Source: Botryllus schlosseri (taxonomy: Eukaryota). From it: 64,000 nt of DNA. Of the stretch, positions 38,713-50,504 are shown one piece after another. The notes beneath the pieces were generated by a model. It searched no databases and was not told where the DNA came from. It saw only the letters and a list, made by a program, of their open reading frames with translations. The stretch lies in assembly GCA_051294905.1 (NCBI GenBank), contig CM119372.1, forward strand, positions 31,932,001-31,996,000, read 5' to 3'. Each line of letters starts with the position of its first letter. Within the stretch, counting starts at the first letter, position 1. The position numbers and the translations under genes are program-made.

Positions 38713-40403
38713 GTCTAGCAAGTTCACAAAAGATTACCCCGGTATTTTTTTATATTATCAATAATTTCGAGAATTTCCTTGCGGGCCAATCAAAACCTTC
38801 TCGCGGGAAATATTTGGCCCGCCGGCCACGGGTTGACCGCCCCTGCCCTTTCTGAAGACTTACCCATATGCGGAATGACGTCAGACGTCATGGATCACAC
38901 AAGAGCGGTTTCATGTGACCTTTTTTGTACTTCACAGCGTTGCAATGACTCGAGTACCGATTCTTTTGCTAATAAATGCACGAGATCTGCATCTACGGCG
39001 GCCATGTACCGATTTCCGAGCTGATTACCAAGTGGTATTGAAGGGCTCGCTATAGCTATTACGCGATTGATGGCTGGCGATTGCACACCAGACACGTCAA
39101 CTAATTTTAGAGGATATACAGGACAGATCAGTATAACCAGACCAGGGTAGCGAATGAATGACGCTCAACCGAGATCTGTAAAAAGCTTCACATTGTCCCA
39201 ACGGTCCTTGGACAGGACACATCATGTGACACTTCAGCATTAGGGCTGTTCAAAAATAACTTTTTTTCTCGGATTCCAGCCATTCACTTATTAAATTGTC
39301 AGGTTACCCTAAAAAACGCTGCACATCAAATTTGGTTCAATTCAAACAAGTATAGGACTCCGCAGATCCAATTAAAAATTTTAAGTTATTAGAAAAAATT
39401 TAAAAAAAAAAATTCAAATTTTTTTGCCAACCCCATGAAATTCTTTAGCTGTCTTCAAAGACGATGCGGAACAAATTTGACTCAATTCCAACTAGTAGAA
39501 GCGGAGTTATGTGAGTTTTTTGTTGATAATTCTCGAATTATCTACCGATCAAGGATCGGGGTTTGGGGTTACGATATAATCTAAGGTTTAATAGAAGAAT
39601 TATGGTAGGGTTCGGGTAGGTTTTGGGCTTGTAAAGCCACACGCCAAAGTGACACATGCTGATCTGTCGTTATTCATTGTGTCGCATGGTCATGGTCATG
39701 GTCATGGTCATGAACAGTTATAACATACGCACACTGTGCTGGACGAATAGCCTGAGAAATTATTCGTCTGGTACCGGACAAATATAGCCAGAAGCCACTA
39801 CATATTCTATGTGACCTTGAAATCTCGTAGATCAGGACGGCAATTAAAAAATAGATCCAGAAACGGTCTCTTTGAATAAACATGTTTTTAGAGTAAGAAA
39901 ATGAGTATAGGCTATATTATGAATCCGGGGTCTTCCTATTAGTCGGATCAGTTTCGAGCATTTTGACGGCTGTATATAATTTCAATCATATTTCGAGTAA
40001 ACACTTTCACGATCTCGTTAAAACCGCAAAGTATACGCTGGCTTTATCTGAAAAATAAATTTCATATGTTGTTTTTCTGGCTTTTGCCTGCAACTGTCAA
40101 GGAAATGAAAATTTGTAAAACAAAATGACCCCATTTTGTTTTCTGAAATTGTGCTAGGCCTAGTGTATTCAAATAATGTGTAGACTCATTTCACTATCCA
40201 ACAATATCTTAATACGTCGTTCAATGCATATTACTGGAGGAGTTGTAATACTATTCTATTTGAGCAGAGAGCATACACGTTACGCCTCCGTTAGGCCTAC
40301 ATCCGATGCCATTGCTAAGTTGAGGAATTCAGGCTTAACGTACGACTCATCACCAGGTTATCAGTAGAAGTGGTAAAGTAGTCAACAAGACTGCTGAAGT
40401 AGA

Positions 40404-40658
40404 TGTTATGTTCTTGATCTTGTTTGAACAATAGCTCAATGCGACGAGGTTGCAATACAGAATCAGTATATTATCAGCAGAATAACTTTACGTCAGCGAC
40501 ACGATCCAGAGTGCAGTTAAATGAAAGACCACGAGACAACAGAACACAGGGTATGAATACAAGCACGACACACGAGGAAATAATGATTGGCTGTAATTAC
40601 TAATCCTATAGAAAGAAAAGAGTTGTACGACACTAAACGTAAATGCACGAACATAACA
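40404..40658 (-). repeat. 3' LTR
   Basis: TGTTATGTTC...GAACATAACA; adjacent PPT AGGGGAGGAC on the minus strand at 40659-40668. Confidence 0.93.
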
Positions 40659-41520
40659 GTCCTCCCCTATAAGTTGAGAGGGTTGCCCACATTTACGTAG
40701 GTTTGTAGAAATCGGTTGGCTTTCTGTTCCTAAGAGGATAACGTCTACCCGACGTATGGGCAGGACTAGCTGCAGGACCTTGTGCCCTGTTCCTAACCAA
40801 TGGTTGCTCAGCTTGCGACTGTGGAGGCTGAGCAACTTCCTGTGTGGCTGTATTATTATTATGGCCAGCTGAAATCAAGCGTGGTTGGAGTTGGTTTTTG
40901 TGCCTCCTCCGATACCCATGATTCGTTTTTATAATGTACACAACACGCCCCAGTATTTCCGTCACCACGCCAGCAACCCACTTCGGTCCGCTTCGGTAAC
41001 TGCGAGCGTGAACCGAGGAACCAATCTCGAAATGAGTGACTGATTGTCTAGGCGTAACGGGTTTCGATTTATCGAAGGGCGAGCACAAACTTAACAAATT
41101 GCGCGGCTGCCGACCATGTAAAATCTCAGCAGGCGTTTTCCAGTGACAATTGTTATGGGCAAGTCTTCGATAGAGAAGACTTCCCTCAAAGCGTTGACTA
41201 CACACAAGGTTGTGGTAGAACCGACATTCATTACTTTAACGAAAGGATATTTCGAATGCGCATCGACGATGACAAGAAACATTTTATTGTTCATTGGACC
41301 TGCGAAATCCAAGTGAATTCGTTCAAAGCTTTCAGAAGTTTTTGGCCATTCGCGATACTGACGATCAGGCGCTTTCATTACTTTGCGGCAAGCGTCGCAA
41401 CTCTTAACGAGATTTTCAATGTCGCGATTAATGGAAGGCCATGCGATGTAACGTCGAGCCATCTGCTTCATTTTCGCGATACCCCAATGTCCTTCGTGCA
41501 ACAATGATAAGACTCGCGAG

Positions 41521-42034
41521 TAGGGCTGGGCACAATGATTCGAGTACTCGAATCTGAATCGAGTACTAATTTTAATGATTCGAGTCGAGTAGTAAATACG
41601 ATTTTTTTGAGTACTGAAATTGTACGCTTCTTGCCACTGAAAGTTAATTTATCAATGAGAATTGTCGTTCGATACTAATTTCCGCTGTTGAAGCCTTGAA
41701 ACCTTGATTGACGGTATCGTAGCATACCAAAGATATAGTACAAGCTACGAAGATTACAGGACGTAGCACAATTCCAAAGTCATGATTATCCCACAACATT
41801 GTCACAAAGTGGAATGAAAACGGTATGGTCGAAAAAATATCAAAGTATCATCTATGTGACGGTTAACAGGCAGTATATTCTTTGTAGTGGCATAAACGGT
41901 AAGTATTCGAACTTTGGGGTATTACATTCTGTTATGACGTAATAATGGGTGATACTCAATTACTCGACTCGACTCGAAGCATATTACGTGATTCAGAATC
42001 GAATCACTCAGGTACTCGATTTTGCCCAGCCCTA
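41521..42034. mobile_element. hAT MITE family B inserted at the start of the Gypsy integrase region
   Basis: TIR TAGGGCTGGGCA; perfect TSD CTCGCGAG at 41513-41520 and 42035-42042. Confidence 0.92.
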
Positions 42035-45000
42035 CTCGCGAGCGAAGTGACTGCGGAATTACTACGCGCTGAAAACCATCAATATTAAGCATGACAATGT
42101 CTTCGTGCAGAGAAAGCGAATGTTTGCGAGTCGGAAACCAAGAAAAATCATCAATATGCGTCTTTGGATTCCAATTGCAATGAGTGACAGATAATTTTAC
42201 TAGTTTCATGGTTTTGTCCTTCAGCGTCGCGTCGCGAATTTCATTGCAAGTTAACGCTAAGCCATCGAATGCCATATTAATAGCGTGAACGATCTCCGCG
42301 TTTTCACGAATTTCCAGTTCGTCAAACTCGGGGTCAGGACCCTTTGGTAGGCGAGATAAACCGTCGGCGTTTCCGTGCTGATTAGTCGGCTTATAGCGAA
42401 TATCGTATTGGTAAGCGTTAGTGCCCATCGCTGTAAGCGTTGCGCTGTAATCACGGGAATTTTCTTGTCCGGCGAGAAAATAGCTAAAAGCGGTTTGTGG
42501 TCCGTTACGAGCGTAAATTTTCTACCATACAAGAATTGACGAAATTTGGTGACTCCCTAAATGATTGACAGAGCTTCCTTCTCGATTTGAGAGTAGGACT
42601 TTCGCGAATCGGAAAGCGTTTTCGATGCGTGCGCGATCGGTCTCTCTTCGCTATTGTGCTCGATTGAGAGGACAGCGCCGATTCCGAATTGAGAGGCATC
42701 TGTTCACAAAATGAGATGCTTGTTTACATCATAATGAGCTAACTGCGTAGCGTCGATTACGTCGTTTTTGAGAATGCGAAAAGCTGCGTCACAGTCCGTA
42801 TTCCAAATGAAGTCCGCGTCATTTTGAAGAAGACGGTACAAGGCAGCGGCTTTATTCGTGAAATTAGGAATAAACGCGCGATAATAATTGACTTTGCCCA
42901 GGAATGCCTGCAGCTGGCGAACATCCTGAGGTTTAGGCAACTGTTTGATTGCTTCAACGGATTTGTTAGACGGGCGTTTGCCATCCTTGTCAATAATGTG
43001 ACCAAGATACTCGATGCTACTTTTGAAAAATCCACATTTAGCGAAGTTGACGGTGAAACCGTATTCGGTGAGGCGCTCAAAGAGTAGCGATAAGTTGCGA
43101 AAATGATCGCGTTCATCAATGCCAGTAACGATTATGTCATCGATAAAACTAGCAACACCGGGTAAGCCGGCGATCATGGCATCAATACAACGTTGAAAAT
43201 TTGCGGGACTAGATGTGACTCCGAAACACATGCGTCGATAACGGAATAGACCGAATTGCGTGTTAAGACACACAAATTCTTCGCATCATCATCATCTAAT
43301 TCTAGCTGAAAATAAGCATCGGCAAGATCAATTTTCGTGAAAATACAACCACCCTGTAACTTGAAGAATTTCATCTAAGGAGGGCAGAGGATGTTGATCT
43401 ATCTGAATTTGTTGATCCAATGCTTTGAAGTCACCACAAATGCGTACTGATCCATTAGACTAAGTGACGGCATCAATTGGTGCTGCCCAATCACTGTAAT
43501 TGATTGGTTCGAGGATACCTTGATCCTCGATACCTTGATTGACTAATCTATCCAATTCGGTTTGAACAGCGATTTGCCTTGCGAAAGGCAAAGGACGCGG
43601 CTTGCTAAATACGGGCTTGGCATTGGGTTTCAAGTGAATTGTCACCTTTGTCTTGGTGCATCGTCCTAATACATTAGAGAAAACGGAGGGAAATTTGGAC
43701 CGAAAAGATACCAATTTGTCGTTCGAATCAGAAATGTCAACAGTATTACATGATTGCGATTTGACCATCTGCAAGGAAATTGCATCCAAAGCAGACGTTC
43801 CCTTAGCGGTCATGGAGAAAGCATCGCTCCAATGGAGACCGAAAATTTTTGCCCACGGTGTTCGTCGAAAACTACCAATTTTAAGCCAACTCGAACTTCG
43901 GAACCCACCTGCACAGTTACAGTGCAAATACCTTTCACTTTCAATGGCTTGTCGCCGTACGCTACGAAAGAGCAATGGTATGCTGAGAGTTTCGGAGAGC
44001 CCAAAGTTTTGTACCCAGTCAATCCCACCATGCCGGAGGGTGCACCAGTGTCCCACTGTGTCGGCTACGGAATGCCGTTGATGCTGGAGTTGATCCAGAG
44101 CTGGTTTCCTACGCGTCGATATAGTTGATCGATGTCGAAGGAGAGGAGTGGCACTGAGCAGAAATTGACGGATGTGACACTAGGTTTGGTAGACATGCAC
44201 ACAGGTTTGATATGACCTTTACGACCATATTTCTGACATACTGCATGTCGATATTGACAGTCTTTTCTCTGGTGATCGATGAAACAGCGGCTGCAGGATT
44301 TCAGTCTTTCCGGGAAGTTGCCTTGGATGGATTTGGAAGGTTTTTTCCCCTTCTGATAACTTCCCGTCATTTTGTTGACGATGGAAGTGTCTTTACCGCT
44401 ACTCTCGCCCTGGATAACCCTATCAGTTTCCAGCGTTCTCACGTATGTTGCGGCTACTTTGAGAACGTCGTCAAGGGATGGATTGGTTTGTGTTGAACAA
44501 TGCCATCTCACATCCGCGTGCGGCGTTTCTTTAATGATGAGATCGCGCATTAGCTCATCAACGTAGCTCTGATCACAGCAGTCTCTTTTGAGCATATGAA
44601 GTTGCAATCCTTGGAGATTCCGCGTAGAGTAGCGATCCAATCGGCATATGATTGTCCCGGCTGCATTTTGCAATTGTAAAATTCGTACCTGGCTGCTTGC
44701 ACATGAATGGAGTCTTTGAAGTGTGTAGCCAACTTCTCAGTCAACGCGTCGAAGGTTTGCGCACTGACATCAGCAGCACCAAACAAATTACGTAGGAGCG
44801 AGTACGTTTCAGGTCCAACCCATGAGAGTAGACACGCTCTTTTTTTCTCCATGTTGGAAATGCCGTAAATGGCTAGGTGATGGTTGAATCGTTGCAGATA
44901 CTGGTCCCGTTTTTCCTTTGGTTTTACGAAAGAATCAAACTTGGGAGCGGTAGCTTCAGATGTTGACGCACCGGGACTCAACCTCTGCGTTGACTGTGCA

Positions 45001-45164
45001 TTTCTTCTTTGTGTCGGTTTTTTTGCTGTTCCAACCCAGCCATGACTTTCGCCATTGCTTCGTCATGCTGTGCGCGTTGTTGCTCCATCATTTCCTGCTG
45101 CTTCTCCAGAAGCTTCAAAATACCCGATTCCACGATATATATTCGTCGCAGAAATATAACTTTG

Positions 45165-45183
45165 AATCCGACTTCTGACACCA
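45165..45183 (-). other. Primer-binding site complementary to the tRNA-Leu 3' end
   Basis: Minus strand TGGTGTCAGAAGTCGGATT directly inside the 5' LTR; complementary, with one mismatch, to the tRNA-Leu end ...ATCCCACTTCTGACACCA. Confidence 0.8.
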
Positions 45184-45185
45184 AT

Positions 45186-45440
45186 TGTTATGTTCTTGAT
45201 CTTGTTTGAACAATAACTCAATGCGACGAGCTTGCAATACAGAATCAGTATATTATCAGCAGAAGAACTTTACGGTAGCGACACGATCCAGAGTGCAGTT
45301 AAATGAAAGACCACGAGACAACATAACACAGGGTATAAATACAAGCACGACACACGAGGAAATAATGATTGGCTGTAATTACTAATCCTATAGAAAGAAA
45401 GAGTTGTACGACACTAAAACGTAAATGCACGAACATAACA
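45186..45440 (-). repeat. 5' LTR
   Basis: Direct repeat of 40404-40658 with about 7 substitutions and 2 single-base indels, counted by eye. Confidence 0.93.
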
Positions 45441-45753
45441 GTAGAAGTAGCGTCGCTGGATTCTACTCAAGTACGAGTATATGTAGGCCTAATGCTTTTC
45501 GAAGTGGCAGTTGTGCAATGAGCATAAGGCGCCGCACTTCATCAATCCTCACATATGGTCAATTATTCCGAGGATCCGCGTACTTCTGTGCTAGTGTTGT
45601 TTGTTCCTCCCCGTAATTTGGCTTTTCGTGGTATGAAATTAGACTTTTCATTACATAACAGATAACATACTCTGCCCTGGCCCCTAAAATCTTATTTGTA
45701 TGCATGACTGACCCTCATCGGAGGCGTCTGGGAAAATGGAAACTCGGCTTGAG

Positions 45754-46996
45754 CAGAGATGGGCGGATTCCAGATTTTGGGAATCCGTATCCGTCCTGAT
45801 CCGACAGTCAAATAGGATTTCGGAGTCCGACAGTTGAGCAACAAAATTAGGATCCGAAAAAATCCTGCTATTGCTTTAGTGCTATTTCACATTAAATATA
45901 GCCTGTAAAACAGATATGAACATTATAATCAACAAATTAGTATCAAGTAATGCCTTGCAAGGGTTTATTTATATCACATTTCTAATCAATAATGTTAGGT
46001 GCGGTATATATCTGGAATATAAATGCGAGTAGTAGGAACTAGGCAGGGGATATGAGCTAAAAAGACTGTGAGAACAGAGAAAGCAATATTAGTTGCTTTA
46101 CGGAGAGGGTAAACATAGTAACCCAGGCATGCGATGACGCCAACAACAAAATCAGATATTGTGCATTGTGACTTCGCCAGGACAACTAGGCCTATAATAC
46201 TACTGAAGAATGGAACTAAATTTTCACAAGAAGTGGCATAGTCACAGAACAGACATGTATCAAACAAAATGGATGAATCATTCAATATCATCACCTGATA
46301 GAGCAGCAATGAATAGGAAATACATATAATATTATATAATCAGCATGATGATGTGAACAACCAATCAGAGAGTACCGGTGGTACTTCAGTTCTAGTGTCT
46401 TTCCGAAATCATAAACTTGACCAATTGACCATGCCAGCATATATTCATACATTCGTCATTACCACACCACACAATCATTTCAAATGATATCAGAAATCAG
46501 AACCTCCAGTTACCTCTGCAACAACACCGACACCTCGCTTTTCGGTCATCATGACAGCCGATATCAAGTACCCTAATGGCGGATGAACAGGAAGGATGAG
46601 AATCAATATCTGAGGAACAACTGACTTCGAAAACACTCGCTGCTGGAGCGTGCCTTCGTCCTCAACTCATCCAGCAGTAATCTCATCACTGCAGAAACTT
46701 TACTTATGGAACTTACGCATTTCAACGACGTGACCGGTATCAGCGGTTTCAACGTTGTCATTTATTGCCTGGGCTTGATCCATAGCAATGAATGCGGAAA
46801 TAATATCGAAGCAGCTTTTTTCATTGAATATAAGATATCTTTAACCTTTATCACCCAATACTTGTTATGAATATCAAATCCTGTTTAAATCCGGCTCATA
46901 TGGCAGTTTCAGAATCCGGCTCCGATCCGGCCACAGTAAAATTCATCAAAATCCTGCTCCGGCTCCGGCTCCTGAACCGGACTGTGGCCATCTCTG
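45754..46996. mobile_element. Non-autonomous hAT element with ATCCG/TCCGG subterminal repeats
   Basis: CAGAGATGG / CCATCTCTG termini; perfect TSD GGCTTGAG. Confidence 0.85.
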
Positions 46997-49141
46997 GGCT
47001 TGAGCGGAGCTAGATTGAGAGGTACCAGGATTTGTTCTGGAAATATTGGGTGCGTGAATCCGGTGGCGGCTCGTCCCACAGGCCTCAGGGCAAGTGGCGC
47101 ATTGTCTCTTATAAATATGTTGTTTCAAATCAATAACAATATATTATTTATAAAATGGGAGCATTGAAAATCGTAAAATTTGAGGGAAAATCGCGATGTT
47201 TGTTTGATTTGCTTGTAAATAATCTTCGCTTACCCCAATAGTTCTCATAACAAGCTTTATTATCTTTTCCACAAAAACCGCTCATTAAAAAAGATGTCAA
47301 CGATTCATTTCCTCCTTTCTTCTTACTCGGCCAAATCAGCAATGCATGGCCACGACATGCGCACATATGGCAATTTTATTTTTAGGGATGCCCTCATTTT
47401 TATTTTTATCTCGTATACCTATGATGCTGCAATGCTATTAGCATGTAATCTGATGATTTGCATGGTATTGGTCAACTTTACAGAGTTGACTTTCTTGTTC
47501 AGCTATTCATACTACCGCTCCAGCTATCTCATGAATCTGCGCGTTACGCCATTGATTTTAATATTATGCTAGGGCAGCTAGGCCAGACTGGAAAGAGTGG
47601 TGGTTTTCTTTCGGCAATGAGGTACGTGTGGCAGGAGGGTTTCTTACATAGAATAATTATGTAATTGAACAAAAAGTTTCACGTGACGCTGACACCAATT
47701 CCTCTCTGCATTATAGCTAGTTAATTATTTTTAATGTTTTTGTATTGATACTGTTTCTACTACTTTGGTGATTTTGTACCTGGCCGCTATTCTTCATTAT
47801 GATTTTGGAACTGCTGACTTTTGGAACAGCTTACTTTCGATCTGCTTTTTATAAGAGACCGCTTGTGCGGATAGGATGAGGCGGTGCCTGGCGCCTGGCG
47901 GGCCCTCACCCACTGAGGTAGCGAGGTTCTTTAGATTGTTGTTCAGGTGGTTTCGAACTTTTATCAAGTCATGAGAACATTATTTGGGCTGAATCGCTGC
48001 TCGGTACCTTGTTTACGCTGTTGCCTTAAGCGAAAAAATTAAAGGTGAGACTCGGTCCTCATCAGCCTGCGTGCAATCACGGAAGGTAAACGTTCTGGTA
48101 CCTTTGCGCCAAAAGATTTTCATAGAAATGAATCAGGGATGTATAGCACATCGTTTTACTTATATCGTCTTTTATTTGAGACCACAGGTAGAACAAGTAG
48201 TTGCTTTACCGCTTGAGTTAGAATAAAACTGGGTTCCGCAATCCAAGACATTTGTCACACTCATGAAATATGACAAATTCTCTCAAGTTCTCAAGTGCAT
48301 ATAGATCAGTCAGGGGTCGTCAACCTTTCGCATGCGGTGTGCCAAAATATATCAGTGTAAATATATTACCAACTGTTGTGTGAAACATTTTTAGTTTCAA
48401 GTCGAGTTCTCAATGTATGAGTCGCCAAGGTATCTATTTGAGTAGCTACAGCCCCAGAGCTATCGTTTGATGTACGTAATACCATATTTGCTTGATTTAT
48501 CGCGTAACAATGCCGTTTCCTAACAGTCCTGCTCCCACAGGTTGGACCAGCCTATAGACAGAGCATCCCAACAGCCTCATACGATATTATGGTGTCGTTC
48601 TTTGATGATTGCTAATAGGCCTACAGTAGATATTGTTTTATTGCCCTTATTTATGCATTGATATATTCGAATCAAGAAATCTGTTGAAACTTTGACAGGA
48701 TTACCCAGGGTTGTAACCAAGTCACAAGGCTCCGAGTCACTAGTCAATCTCACTTTTATAGTTTTGACTCGAGTCAAGTCGAGTCATTTTCAATTCACCA
48801 CCGAGTCAAGTCCGAGTCCAAGTCAGCAACAAGAGGGTCAAGTCCGAGTCCAAATCATTCTGTTGACTGCTCAATTTCCGGTTAAAGTCTTGTTAAACCC
48901 ACTTTTATAACTCTGTTTGGTGATATCGAATGATTCGCAATTATAATATACCAATGTTCCTCACTTTAACAGTTTTTGATCGCATTTTCAAGTACCAGTA
49001 CCAATAGACGAAATCGCAATAGTGTGGTTACTTTACTATTCTTCGAAATTAAAATGAAATATCGGTCTTGGCCGTCTGAGTCTCGAGTCATATGACTTGG
49101 TTCGAGTCATGCGCAATGACTCGAGTCCAAGTCGAGTCAAT

Positions 49142-50504
49142 GGTTGCCAGTGAACCCGTCCCTCGGTGAACCCGTCCCTCGGTGAACCCGGCCCTCGGTG
49201 AACTCGGCCCTCGGTGAATTCCGCCCTCGAGAAATTTTGAAATTAAGTGTCTTAACAAGTATTAATATGAATTATTGAACTAATAATGGTATTATCAACT
49301 GATTTGTCGATCTGGTAAGGTGGTCAGGGCATGCGTAGATCACGCAGTCACGGAGTGATCAGATCACGTGATCACGATTGCGTGGTCGGCTCATTGTTGA
49401 ATTGACTTGGCGAGGGGCGGACGTGCGACGTTCGACATCCTCGTATCTGTTCATGACATCGCATTGGGTCTTATCGCATTGTATATTGTGTGTGACTTGT
49501 TCAGAGGAAAAATATATCCCAACGATTGTTATTGCTCACATATCAACCACGCGTGGTCTGCTCGTTATTGCAACTGTAGGTTGAGGTGGGGTGTTAGAGT
49601 TGGGTAGGGTAGGGGGGGAGGGAGACATTAGGGTTCGGGGAGTGGGACATTGGGTTCGGGTAGGATACTAGGGTTGGGGGAGGGGGGATATTAGGGTTAG
49701 GGTTAGGATTAGGGCTGGGCACAATGATTCGAGTACTCGAATCTGAATCGAGTATTAATTTTAATGATTCGAGTCGAGTAGTAAAATACGATTTTTTCGA
49801 GTACTGAAATTATGCGCTCCTCGCAACTGAAAGTTAATTTGCTGACGAGAATTATTGGTCTGATACTATTTTCCACTGATGCAGCCTTGAAACCTTGATT
49901 TGCCGTGTCGCAGCATAAGAGACATAGTACAAAGCCACGAACGTTACTGGAAATAACACATTTCTGAAGTCATGATCATCCCACAACATTGTCAAGAAGC
50001 GCAATGAAATCGGTATGGACGAAAAAATACCGACGTATCGTTAATGTGACGAATAACAGGCATTATGTTCTTCGTGGTGGCATAAAAGGTTCATATTTGG
50101 ACTTTGACATACTACATTCTGTTGTGACGTCATAATGAGTGATACTCGAATACTCGACTCGACTCGAAGCATTTTACGTGATTCAGAATCGAATCACTCA
50201 GGTACTCGATTTTGCCCAGCCCTAGTTAGGATATTAGGGTTGCCGGAGGTGGGATATTAGGGTTGGGGGAGGGGGATATTAGGGATGGGGGAGGGGGGAT
50301 ATTAGGGTTAGGGTTAGGATATTAGGGTTGCCGGAGGTGGGATATTAGGGTTGGGGGAGGGGGGATATTAGGGTTGGGGGAGGGGGGCTATTAGGGTTGG
50401 GGTAGGATATTAGGGTTGGGGTAGGATATTAGGGTTGCCGGAGGTGGGATATTAGGGTTGCCGGTGAATACAAAATTTCCCGAGGGACGGGTTCACTGGT
50501 AATC
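49142..50504. mobile_element. Foldback/MULE-like non-autonomous element with 16-bp subterminal repeats and a TTAGGG-like G-rich array
   Basis: Left end GGTTGCCA followed by about 5 copies of GTGAACCCGTCCCTCG; right end CGAGGGACGGGTTCACTGGTAATC; flanking direct repeat (TC)GAGTCAAT of 8-10 bp. Confidence 0.75.
49710..50224. mobile_element. hAT MITE family B inserted in the G-rich array
   Basis: TIR TAGGGCTGGGCA; perfect TSD GTTAGGAT. Confidence 0.92.

Larger units (their letters stand above)
40693..45184 (-). pseudogene. Frameshifted gag-pol polyprotein
   Basis: Gag (YLQRFNHHL..LLSWVGPETYSLLRNL; CCHC-like knuckles), protease DTGA at about 44045, RT (IDLADAYFQL, FIDDIIV), RNase H (LVTDHKPL), integrase (HEGHWG..C..C, IHLDFAGP), spread over many frames. 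Confidence 0.9.
40404..45440 (-). mobile_element. Full-length, decayed Gypsy LTR retrotransposon (Mag clade)
   Basis: Two 255-bp LTRs, 5-bp TSD GTAGA (40399-40403, 45441-45445), PBS, PPT, and domain order gag-PR-RT-RH-IN. Confidence 0.95.

Noticed and set aside
42824..44566. Plus-strand ORFs within the Gypsy element
   Set aside because: Antisense shadows of gag-pol.
45165..45183. tRNA gene
   Set aside because: Only the 3' terminal 18-20 nt including CCA are present, beside an LTR, so it is a primer-binding site.
48045..48070. Minus-strand CTGATGAG core
   Set aside because: No downstream GAAA motif.
49582..50465. True telomere or chromosome fusion site
   Set aside because: The array is degenerate, single-orientation and enclosed by TIRs and TSDs.
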